DNA of 64,000 nt. It comes from Acidimicrobiia bacterium (GTDB lineage: Bacteria > Actinomycetota > Acidimicrobiia > Acidimicrobiales > Aldehydirespiratoraceae). Under the pieces are notes generated by a model. It made no database searches and was not told the origin of the DNA. It worked only from the letters and a program-made list of their open reading frames with translations. This document shows, in pieces, positions 37,580 to 45,961 of this stretch. The DNA is taken from assembly GCA_022828135.1 (NCBI GenBank), contig JAJEJB010000049.1, forward strand, positions 6,504 to 70,503, written 5' to 3'. How positions within the stretch are numbered: position 1 is the stretch's first letter; each line of letters begins with the position of its first letter. Both the position numbers and the translations under genes were made by a program.

Positions 37580-38389
37580 TCAGCCGTCGCGCATCGCCTG
37601 AGCAGACGGATACGCGACCCGGAATTGCGCCGTCGCGACCGGTGACCACGCTCCGCCGAGCGGCACCGCCAGCTCGACCCGCTGCGGATCGGTGCAGGGA
37701 CGGCCCTGGGCCACGTGCAGAGAAGTAGATCCCGCCCGGTGCCGCAGGACGTAGGAGTACACGGTCTCGTAGCCCTGGTGGTTGCAGATGCCGGTGTCGC
37801 CGTCGTCGTGGGAGCGCTGCAGGGCGAAGACGTCGTTGATCCCGGTGGCCTGCTTCAGTCGGCGCTGCGCCGAGGCCAGGCGCCTCTGGGTGGTGACGGT
37901 GTCGTCGTTGTCGGGGTGAGGCTTGAGGGCGATGTGGTGGTTGGAGCGGGCCGCCGGACCGGTGAGCGCTGTCACCTTGGTCCGGTCGCCCCTCACCTCC
38001 ACCGCCGCAGCCCCTTCGGCGTCGATCATGATCAGGTTGGCCCACAGGTAGGGCTTCGACTCGACTGCCTCCTGTACGGCTGCGACGGCCGAATCGACGT
38101 CGCGGCCCTGGCGCAGGGCGATCTCGGTCAGCTCGTCGTAGTTGGCGTGGCCTTCGAGGGCGCGCACGTTGGAGTCGCAGCACAGCAGTCCGTGCTCGTT
38201 GGCGCCGATGGAGAATCCCGAGAACTGGTCGAGGTCGGGGTCGGTACCGGCCCAGGTGGTCACGCCCCTGACACCGAAGACCTCGGGCTCGGTGACCAGT
38301 CGGTCGTCGAAGTGGGTCCGGCCGAAGTCCTTGTTCTTGAACAGCAGGTAGTCGTCGGCGCCGAGTCTCAGCACTCCAGTCGTGCACAT
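37580..38389 (-). CDS. Ntn-hydrolase-like protein (C45/choloylglycine-hydrolase-like) with Cys2
   Basis: Begins MCTTGVLRLG...LLFKNKD. A Cys directly after the initiator Met is the hallmark of N-terminal-nucleophile hydrolases. Family assignment is tentative. Confidence 0.55.
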   Translation of the reverse strand: MCTTGVLRLGADDYLLFKNKDFGRTHFDDRLVTEPEVFGVRGVTTWAGTDPDLDQFSGFSIGANEHGLLCCDSNVRALEGHANYDELTEIALRQGRDVDSAVAAVQEAVESKPYLWANLIMIDAEGAAAVEVRGDRTKVTALTGPAARSNHHIALKPHPDNDDTVTTQRRLASAQRRLKQATGINDVFALQRSHDDGDTGICNHQGYETVYSYVLRHRAGSTSLHVAQGRPCTDPQRVELAVPLGGAWSPVATAQFRVAYPSAQAMRDG

Positions 38390-38432
38390 GGCGTTCCCTC
38401 ACCCGTCGGCGCGGCCCTCTAGCCTCGGTCCG

Positions 38433-39443
38433 ATGCGGGCCATGGTAATGACCGACCAACCGGACGGCCGCACGCTTCAGCCGCTCAACTCGCAGGAGCT
38501 GCCCCAACCGGAGCCCGCAGGACCCTTCGATGTCGTCGTGCGGATCGCGGCCGCCGGGGTGTGCCGGAGCGACCTGCACATTCTGATGGGGGAGCTGCCG
38601 GTGAGCGTGCCCCATGTGCTCGGCCACGAGAACAGCGGCTGGGTGCACGCGGTGGGGCCGATGGTGTCCACGGTGGAGGTGGGGCAGGCCGTGCTCTGTT
38701 ACCCGTTCGTCTCCGACGGCCTCAGCGCGCCCGAGCGCCGCGGCGTCGATTCGGCTGCGCCCGGCAGGCGCACTCCGGGTATCGACTGCGATGGCGGCTA
38801 TGCCGAGTACTTGCTGGTGACGGAACGGTCGCTGATCCGGCTACCCGCCGACGCCGATCTGGCCGCCATGGCCACCCTCAGCGACGCCGGTCTGGCGGCC
38901 TACCGTGCCTGCCGCAAGGCGGCTGCCGCTCTCGAGCCGGGAAGTCTCGCCGTGGTGGTGGGCGTGGGCGGGCTCGGACACCTCGCCGTGCAGATCCTGC
39001 GCTCGACTACGGCGGCCCGGATCCTGGCCGTCGACACCCGCGCCGAAGCCCGCGATCTGGCGGTGTCATGCGGAGCGCACCACGCCTGCTCACCCACCGA
39101 GCTCGCGGCGGCGGCAGGATCGGAGGCCGCCGCCGTGATCGACTTCGTCGGAAGCGACGAGTCGGCTTCCTCCGCCCTGTCCTGCCTCGGCTTCGGCGGC
39201 TCGTACTTCGCGGCGGGGGTCGGCGGCTCGCTGTCGGTGCCGATCCTGCAACTCGTCACCAAAGAGACTCGCATCGAGGGGGTGTACGTGGGCACCTACC
39301 CGGAGCTCGTAGAACTGACGCGCTTGGCCTTGCGGGGGGACGTTCGCCCCGTTGTGGTCACATACTCCCTGAGCGACGCCGACAGAGCCTTGAAGGATCT
39401 TGCAGCCGGCTCTTTCGTAGGCCGGGCAGTGCTCACCCCGTGA
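38433..39443 (+). CDS. zinc-dependent medium-chain alcohol dehydrogenase family protein
   Basis: GVCRSDLH, GHENSG and GVGGLGH motifs. Confidence 0.85.
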   Translation: MRAMVMTDQPDGRTLQPLNSQELPQPEPAGPFDVVVRIAAAGVCRSDLHILMGELPVSVPHVLGHENSGWVHAVGPMVSTVEVGQAVLCYPFVSDGLSAPERRGVDSAAPGRRTPGIDCDGGYAEYLLVTERSLIRLPADADLAAMATLSDAGLAAYRACRKAAAALEPGSLAVVVGVGGLGHLAVQILRSTTAARILAVDTRAEARDLAVSCGAHHACSPTELAAAAGSEAAAVIDFVGSDESASSALSCLGFGGSYFAAGVGGSLSVPILQLVTKETRIEGVYVGTYPELVELTRLALRGDVRPVVVTYSLSDADRALKDLAAGSFVGRAVLTP

Positions 39444-39464
39444 ATGCGACGCTTCGCGGCCGCC

Positions 39465-41198
39465 CTACGGTCGGCGGACGGGCAGCGTGATCCTGGTCGG
39501 GTGGTCGGCGTTGTGGAGCACGGTCTGGGTGGCCGGGGCTGCCGCCAGAGCGCTGTCCTGCAGCGGTGTGCGGCCCGTGTTGAGGTTGCGGTCCCACTGC
39601 GGGAAGTCCGAGCTGGAGATGTCGAGCCGCAGCCGCGACCCGGCCGGCACATGGGCGCCGACCGGGCCTAGCTCGATGCGCAGCTCGTAGACCTCGCCGG
39701 GCACGAGCGGCTCGGGCTCGCTGAGCGAGCGGCGGTAGCGGGCCCTCAGGATGCCCTCCTGGAGGTTGACGCTGCGGCCTTCGGGATCGACCACGCACAG
39801 CCGGGCCGTGAAGTCGGTGTCGGTGGCGGTGCTGGCCGCGTACAGCGTCACCGACACGTCGCCGAGCAGCTCGATGTCGTCCGCCAGGGGCTCGGAGGTG
39901 TACACGAGGATCATGCGCGACACCTCGGCCTGGTGCTGGTCGGCGGGGCCCATCGGGGTGATGGTGTCGAAGCAGCACGAATGGCCGCCCATGCTGGGAA
40001 TGGGCACGCCGGGGTCGTAGACGAAGATGTCGGGAGGCTCGGCCGCGGGCGGATCCCGGTCGAGGGTGCCGTCGCCGAACTTGGAGTTGGCCCGCCCCCC
40101 GGAGTGGATGTACCAGTCCTCGGCGGCCGTGTCGGAGGGCGGCCACCCGTCGAGATCCCGCCATCCGCCGTCGAGGGTGAACACGGTCACCGGATGGTCG
40201 AGCACTCCGGTGTCGATCCCCTTGAGCGTCTGGTCGAACCAGCGCAGCTGCCAGTCGTCGATCTCGTTGGTGCTCGGGCCGTCACCGCCGCAGCGGCTCA
40301 CCGGCGTCCACGGCATGTGAGTCCACGGGCCCACCAGCAGCTTCTGGGCCCCGCGGGCCGCTTCCGTTCCGGCTGAGGCCCGCAGCCCGGTGAAGTTCTT
40401 CACCGTCCCGCCCAGGAACACGTCCCACCAGCCCCCGAAGTGCAGGGCCGGTACCTCGATGCGGCTGTAGTCGGAGTCGATGCTCCACTGCTTCCAGTAG
40501 TCGTCGTAGGTGCAGTGCTCCACCCAGTCGTAGAAGTAGGGCGCGTAGCCGCCTTGCAGCGGCGGGAACTCCGACAGCGGCAGCGACCAGAACCAGCCCT
40601 CGGCCGCGCCGAGCGACGCGCCGAGGGCGTCGACTGCGGCCCGGTCCTCGGCCCGCACCGCCGACCCCATGGCCAGCAGGTTGGCCCAGTAGCACACGAA
40701 GGCCGCGGCCAGCGCGCCGCCGTTGTAGGTCCAGCCGTCGTAGTACTGCGAGGCGGTGAAGCCGGGCGCGATGCTGCGCAGCGACGGAGGCCTCGTCACC
40801 GCGGCCAGCAGCTGGGTGGCGCCGACATAGGAGAACCCGAACATGCCCACGTCGCCGTTCGATCCCGGCAGGCCCGCGGCCCATTCGACGGTGTCGTATC
40901 CGTCGTCCATCTCGTGCGCGAATGGGTAGAAGTCTCCCTCCGAGGTGTAGCGGCCCCTGGTGTCCTGGATAACCACCATGTAGCCGTGGGACGCGTACCA
41001 GGCCGGGTGGGCGTTGCCGAAGGTGGACACGTTGACCCGCTTGTCGTAGGGGCTCCGGGCCAGCAGGACCGGGACGCCGCCCGCGGGCTGGTCCGCCGGG
41101 CGGTACACGTCGGCCCGCAGCACGGTGCTGTCGCGCATCGCCGCGGGCACATCCCGCTCGACGGTGACCGGCAGTCCGGGAAGGTTCTCGATTGTCAT
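39465..41198 (-). CDS. CocE/NonD-family hydrolase (diverged paralog of 11713-13251)
   Basis: SPYDKR, DTRGRYTSEGDF and the nucleophile motif GFSYVG. Confidence 0.85.
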   Translation of the reverse strand: MTIENLPGLPVTVERDVPAAMRDSTVLRADVYRPADQPAGGVPVLLARSPYDKRVNVSTFGNAHPAWYASHGYMVVIQDTRGRYTSEGDFYPFAHEMDDGYDTVEWAAGLPGSNGDVGMFGFSYVGATQLLAAVTRPPSLRSIAPGFTASQYYDGWTYNGGALAAAFVCYWANLLAMGSAVRAEDRAAVDALGASLGAAEGWFWSLPLSEFPPLQGGYAPYFYDWVEHCTYDDYWKQWSIDSDYSRIEVPALHFGGWWDVFLGGTVKNFTGLRASAGTEAARGAQKLLVGPWTHMPWTPVSRCGGDGPSTNEIDDWQLRWFDQTLKGIDTGVLDHPVTVFTLDGGWRDLDGWPPSDTAAEDWYIHSGGRANSKFGDGTLDRDPPAAEPPDIFVYDPGVPIPSMGGHSCCFDTITPMGPADQHQAEVSRMILVYTSEPLADDIELLGDVSVTLYAASTATDTDFTARLCVVDPEGRSVNLQEGILRARYRRSLSEPEPLVPGEVYELRIELGPVGAHVPAGSRLRLDISSSDFPQWDRNLNTGRTPLQDSALAAAPATQTVLHNADHPTRITLPVRRP

Positions 41199-41249
41199 GG
41201 CGCCTCAGAGGTGTGTCAGTATCGGCTCGACCGACTGGGGAGTGTGTCG

Positions 41250-41813
41250 ATGAGCGAATTCAAGCAGGAGCGGTACTACGAGGAGGACTCCGGCGCCGGC
41301 GGTATCCCCGCAGCGCAGGTCGAGGACTTCCTGGCCAGCGCCGACAGCACCTGGCTGCTCAAGCTGTGCCACCTCAAGTCGGACGGCTGGCCCATGGTGG
41401 TGCCGCTCTGGTACCAGTGGGACGGCGAGGCCTTCCTGGTGGTGGGGCGCAAGCGCTCGGAGTGGGTCGAGGATCTGCGCCGCGATCCGCGCTGCGCGGT
41501 CTGCATAGAGGAGTTGGCCCACCCCCGGATCCGCAAGGTGCTGGCCCAGTGCACGGCCGAGATCGTCGAGGGCCCGGCCGTGGGCGAGGGCTCGCAGTGG
41601 GTGCCTGTGGCCGAGGAGATGGCCGTCCGCTACACCGGGCCCGACGGGCCGGAGCAGCTCAAGATGTCGTGGGGCTGGGAGCGATACCTGGTGCGGCTCG
41701 TGCCCCGCGACGGCCGCCTGGTGACCTGGCAGGGCGCGGACTGGGCGCTGCGCTACTTCGATCCCGGCCAGCGCCCCGACCTCGAGGCTCAAGCCGCGGC
41801 CCGTTCCCGGTGA
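41250..41813 (+). CDS. PPOX-like split-barrel flavoprotein (paralog of 16815-17351)
   Basis: KLCHLKSDGWPMVVPLWYQWDGEAF parallels ATLKPDGSPYVMPVWYQWDGEAL in the paralog. Confidence 0.7.
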   Translation: MSEFKQERYYEEDSGAGGIPAAQVEDFLASADSTWLLKLCHLKSDGWPMVVPLWYQWDGEAFLVVGRKRSEWVEDLRRDPRCAVCIEELAHPRIRKVLAQCTAEIVEGPAVGEGSQWVPVAEEMAVRYTGPDGPEQLKMSWGWERYLVRLVPRDGRLVTWQGADWALRYFDPGQRPDLEAQAAARSR

Positions 41814-42967
41814 CGAGGACTCCCGCCGGCCGGGCCGATTCGCTGCGCCGGTCGGAGATCAGGTTCCTCTTCGACGCCGCCGCTCGGCTCGGCGGCGACG
41901 TGATCCGGTTGGAGGTGGGCGAGCCCAGCTTCACCACCCCCGCCCATGTCATCGAGGCGGCGGCCAAGGCTGCTCGCGACGGCCACACCGGCTACGGCCC
42001 CAACGGGGGCCTGCTGAGCCTGCGGGAGCTGCTGGCCGACAAGCTCCGCAACATCAACGGCATCGAAGCCTCCACCGACGAGATCGTGGTCACCCCTGGA
42101 GCCATGAACGCGCTGTACTCGGTGTACCTGGCCCTGCTTGAGACCGGCGACGAGGTGCTGCTGCCGACTCCGGGCTTCCCCAACATGGACGAGACCATCC
42201 GGTTGCTGGGGAGCCGGCCGGTGTTCTACCCGCTGTCGGCCGACAACGGCTTCCTGCCCGACGTGGGGCAGCTCGAGGCGCTGGTAACGGAACGAACGAG
42301 GATCCTGTTCGTCAACACACCGGCCAACCCGACCGGCGCGGTGTATCCGGCCCCGCTGATGGGAGACCTCGTGGAGTTCGCCGCACGCCACGACATCTGG
42401 CTCCTGTGCGACGAGGTGTACGACGAGATGGTGCTCTCGCCCGGCTGCGTGCACACCGCGGCCGCACCCCTGGACGCCGACGGGCGGGTGATCACCGTTT
42501 GCAGCTTCTCCAAGGTGTACGCCATGACCGGATGGCGCGTGGGATATGCGGCCGCGCCGCGGCCGGTGGCCGATCTGCTGCGCAAGCTGCAGGAGCCCCT
42601 GGTGTCGTGCCCCAGCACCATCTCCCAGAAGGCGGCCGAGGCTGCCCTCAAGGGGCCGCGTGCCCCCTATGACGAGATGCTGGCCGCCTACCGGCGCCGG
42701 CGGGGAGCGGCCTTGGATGCCGCGGCCGCGGCCGGCGTGCGGGCGGTGCCCTCCGACGGCACCCTCTACATGCTGCTGGACGTCTCCGCGGCGGGCGTCG
42801 ACGACCTCGACTTCGCTCTGGCGCTGCTGGAATCAGAATCGGTGAGCGTGGCGCCCGGCTCGGTGTTCGGTCCCGCCGGCCGTGGCTGGGCCCGCATCTC
42901 CCTGGCCGCGGAGGAGCAGGCGATAACGGAGGGTGTCCGTCGCCTGGCCAAGGCGCTGCACCGGTAG
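41810..42967 (+). CDS. class I/II PLP-dependent aminotransferase (paralog of 18498-19649)
   Basis: NTPANPTG and SFSKVYAMTGWRVGY motifs. GTGA overlap with the PPOX stop. Confidence 0.8.
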   Translation: MTRTPAGRADSLRRSEIRFLFDAAARLGGDVIRLEVGEPSFTTPAHVIEAAAKAARDGHTGYGPNGGLLSLRELLADKLRNINGIEASTDEIVVTPGAMNALYSVYLALLETGDEVLLPTPGFPNMDETIRLLGSRPVFYPLSADNGFLPDVGQLEALVTERTRILFVNTPANPTGAVYPAPLMGDLVEFAARHDIWLLCDEVYDEMVLSPGCVHTAAAPLDADGRVITVCSFSKVYAMTGWRVGYAAAPRPVADLLRKLQEPLVSCPSTISQKAAEAALKGPRAPYDEMLAAYRRRRGAALDAAAAAGVRAVPSDGTLYMLLDVSAAGVDDLDFALALLESESVSVAPGSVFGPAGRGWARISLAAEEQAITEGVRRLAKALHR

Positions 42968-43002
42968 GGAGAATTACGGACAACAGGAAGGAACACGGCG
43001 CC

Positions 43003-44268
43003 ATGAACTCGACTCAAGCGAACGGGATGGCCGAGCGCGTCCGCAGCTATCTCGACGGGCGGGACGCCGAGGTGCTGGAACTGGCCCGCGACTTGATCCG
43101 GACCCCGTCCCCGAACCCGCCCGGCGACGAGCGGGCCGTGGCCGACCTCATCACCGAGAGGCTGAGGGAGCTCGGTGTCGACGACATCACCCGGGTGGGT
43201 TTCGATGAGACTCGCCCCAACGTGCTGGCTCGGGTCCGGGGCACGGCGCCGGGGCCGACGCTGATCCTGTCGGGACACATCGACACCAAGCCGGCCGGTG
43301 ACATGGACGCCTGGGAGACCGACCCCTGGGATCCGGTGCTGCGCGACGGCGATCTCATCGGCCTGGGCTCCGGAGACATGAAGGCTGCGGTGGCCGGGAT
43401 GATGTACGCCGCGGCCGCCCTGAAGCACGCCCAACAGGCCGGCGACGGCTTCGCGGGCGAGCTGGTGCTGGTGTTCACCGCCGACGAGGAGGCCGGCGCA
43501 CAGTTCGGGTCCAAGTGGCTGGCCGACAACGGCCATTTGAGCGCCGACGCCGCCGTCATCGGGGAGCCGAGCGGCATCACCGAGGAGTGGCAGTCCGTCC
43601 ACCTCGTCTCGCGGGGCGCGGCCCTGTTCAAGATCGCCGTATTCGGAACCCAGATGCACTCGTCGATCTCGGACCGCCTGCCCGGCGTCAACGCCACCGT
43701 CAAGATGGCCCGCCTCATCGACCGCATGGACCGCGAGTTCAAGGCGTACCTCACCTACGAGGAGCACCCGCTGTGCCCCGTGGGTCCCACCGTCAACGTC
43801 GGGGTGATGGCCGAGGGGGGAGTGTTCTACGGCGTCTACCCGGGAAACGCCGAGTTCGCCTGCGATGTGCGGACCCTGCCGGGGATGACCGAGGAGTCGG
43901 TCAAGGCCGACCTCGAACGGTTCCTGGCCGACGCCATGGCCGACGATCCGGAGCTGCGGGCCGAGCTGCGGTGGCATCTGATGGTCCCCGCGGTCGAGAT
44001 CGACGCCGACCATCCGGTGGTGGCGGCCTTTGTCGCCGCGGCTGGGGAGGTGCTCGGGACTGCGCCCGAGCTCGACGCCTTTCCCGGAGCCACCGACGCG
44101 CCCTACTTCCAGCTCGGTGCCGGGATCCCCACCGTGGCCGCGTTCGGGCCCGGGATGCTGCCTAGGGCCCACAGCCCCAACGAGTACATGGACGCCGACG
44201 GCGCGGCCCTGTCGGCCAGCATCTACGCCCTGGCTGCGCTGCACTACCTGGACGAGGCCACGAGTTAG
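43003..44268 (+). CDS. M20-family metallopeptidase (ArgE/DapE/acyl-amino-acid deacylase type)
   Basis: LILSGHIDTKP, GSGDMK and ADEEAG motifs. Confidence 0.85.
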   Translation: MNSTQANGMAERVRSYLDGRDAEVLELARDLIRTPSPNPPGDERAVADLITERLRELGVDDITRVGFDETRPNVLARVRGTAPGPTLILSGHIDTKPAGDMDAWETDPWDPVLRDGDLIGLGSGDMKAAVAGMMYAAAALKHAQQAGDGFAGELVLVFTADEEAGAQFGSKWLADNGHLSADAAVIGEPSGITEEWQSVHLVSRGAALFKIAVFGTQMHSSISDRLPGVNATVKMARLIDRMDREFKAYLTYEEHPLCPVGPTVNVGVMAEGGVFYGVYPGNAEFACDVRTLPGMTEESVKADLERFLADAMADDPELRAELRWHLMVPAVEIDADHPVVAAFVAAAGEVLGTAPELDAFPGATDAPYFQLGAGIPTVAAFGPGMLPRAHSPNEYMDADGAALSASIYALAALHYLDEATS

Positions 44269-44278
44269 AGGAGGGTTC

Positions 44279-44950
44279 ATGACCATCGCGACCTCAGAGT
44301 TGTGCGCCCGCTACCGCCGCATCGGCGTGTCGGTGGTGTGTGACGCCCTGTACGAGCTGGACCTGCCCGAGCGGGTGCTGCCCAGCGGGCTGAAGCCCCT
44401 GCTGCCCGACGTGCGCATGGCCGGCATCGCCTACACGCTGGAGGGTCGGGCCATCCGCCCGGGCGTGGGATGGGACCCGGGCCTGGAGCGCATCAGGTCG
44501 TACTTGGAGATGTTCAAGGAGCTGACGCCCGACTCGATTCTGGTGTCGTGCAACCCCGACAGCGAGGTGGGACACTTCGGGGAGCTGACCGGCAACTCGG
44601 CCCAGCAGTACGGCTGTGCGGGCGTGGTGCTCGAAGGCAACCTGCGCGACCTCGACGGCCTGCTCGACATCGGCCTGCAGGTCTTCTACCGGGACCTGTC
44701 GCCGCTCAATGCCATCGGGCGCTGGGAGATGGTCGCCTCCCAGGTGCCGGTCACCATCGGCGACGTGACCGTGGAGCCCGGTGATCTGATAGTCGGCGAC
44801 CGCGACGGCGTCCTGGTGGTGGCCGGACCCGAGGCGGAGAGGGTGCTGCTGCAGTCCGAATCGATTGTGGGGTCCGAGGAGCTGGTGCGGGCCGACATGC
44901 GAGCCGGCGCCACTCCGTGGGAGGGACTCGAGCGCCATGGCCACATCTGA
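44279..44950 (+). CDS. RraA-family protein (RraA/HMG-CHA aldolase/oxaloacetate decarboxylase fold)
   Basis: GELTGNSAQQYGCAGVVLEGNLRD...GDLIVGDRDGVLVV is typical of the family. GAGGAGGG RBS. Confidence 0.75.
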   Translation: MTIATSELCARYRRIGVSVVCDALYELDLPERVLPSGLKPLLPDVRMAGIAYTLEGRAIRPGVGWDPGLERIRSYLEMFKELTPDSILVSCNPDSEVGHFGELTGNSAQQYGCAGVVLEGNLRDLDGLLDIGLQVFYRDLSPLNAIGRWEMVASQVPVTIGDVTVEPGDLIVGDRDGVLVVAGPEAERVLLQSESIVGSEELVRADMRAGATPWEGLERHGHI

Positions 44951-45203
44951 GGAGAGCGCCGCGCCCGCCGGCGCCGAGCTGACGATCCCCCAGATGGGGG
45001 TGGTGGAGCAGGTGCTGGTGGTGGAATGGCTGGTCGAAGACGGCTCGCTGGTCGCCGCAGGCGAATCCGTGGTCGTGATCGACACCGACAAGGCTGAGAC
45101 CGAACTGGAGGCCCCGGCTTCGGGCCGGCTCAGAATCCTGGTGCCGGCCGGCGACGAAGAGGTGACGGTGGGCACAGTCCTGGCGATCGTCTCTGGGGCA
45201 TGA
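44937..45203 (+). CDS. stand-alone biotinyl/lipoyl-attachment domain protein (88 aa)
   Basis: VVIDTDKAETELEAPASG, the classic lipoyl-lysine hairpin (DKA). Confidence 0.75.
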   Translation: MATSEESAAPAGAELTIPQMGVVEQVLVVEWLVEDGSLVAAGESVVVIDTDKAETELEAPASGRLRILVPAGDEEVTVGTVLAIVSGA

Positions 45204-45961
45204 GCGAGACCTTCTCGCTGGAGGGCCGGGTCGCGGTGGTGACCGGCGCGGCCGGCGGTCTGGGCGCGCCCATCGCCGAAGGGCTGGCCGACGCCGGCGC
45301 CTTCGTTGTGTGCGCCGATTCGGCTGGTGAACCGAACCGGGCGCTGGTCGAGCACCTGGGACCGGGCCGGTCTGAGGCCTTCACCGTCGATGTGCGCGAC
45401 GAGGTGTCGGTGCAGGACCTCGCGGCCCGGGCCGCGTCTGTGACCGGCAGCATCGACGTGCTGGTGACCTGCGCCGGGATCGGAGGCCGCGGGCCGGCCG
45501 CCGACTACGACGACAGCACCTGGGCCGACGTGATCGATGTGAACCTCACCGGAGCGTTCCGCACCTGTCGAGCCGTGGGCCGCCGCATGATCGCTCAGCC
45601 GCACGGCGGCGCCATCGTCAACATCGCCTCGGTGGTCGGCGAGGTCGGGCTCGCGGGCAGTGTCGGCTACCAGGCCTCGAAGGGCGGGGTGATCCAGATG
45701 ACCCGCACGCTGGCAGTGGAGTGGGCCCCGCACAACGTGAGGGTCAACGCCATCTCGCCCGGCCACGTGGCCACACCGCTCGTGCGCCGCCAGTGGGAAC
45801 TCGAGCCGGAGCTGAAGGACTACTTCGAGAGCCGCACCCCACTGGGCCGGCTGGCCGAGCCGTCCGACATGGTCGGTGCCGCGGTGTTCCTCGCCGGGCC
45901 TGCGTCGGCCATGGTCACCGGCCAGATTCTCGCCGTCGACGGCGGCTACACGGCGCAGTGA
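45200..45961 (+). CDS. SDR-family oxidoreductase
   Basis: VTGAAGGLG and YQASKGG motifs. ATGA overlap upstream and GTGA overlap downstream. Confidence 0.85.
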   Translation: MSETFSLEGRVAVVTGAAGGLGAPIAEGLADAGAFVVCADSAGEPNRALVEHLGPGRSEAFTVDVRDEVSVQDLAARAASVTGSIDVLVTCAGIGGRGPAADYDDSTWADVIDVNLTGAFRTCRAVGRRMIAQPHGGAIVNIASVVGEVGLAGSVGYQASKGGVIQMTRTLAVEWAPHNVRVNAISPGHVATPLVRRQWELEPELKDYFESRTPLGRLAEPSDMVGAAVFLAGPASAMVTGQILAVDGGYTAQ

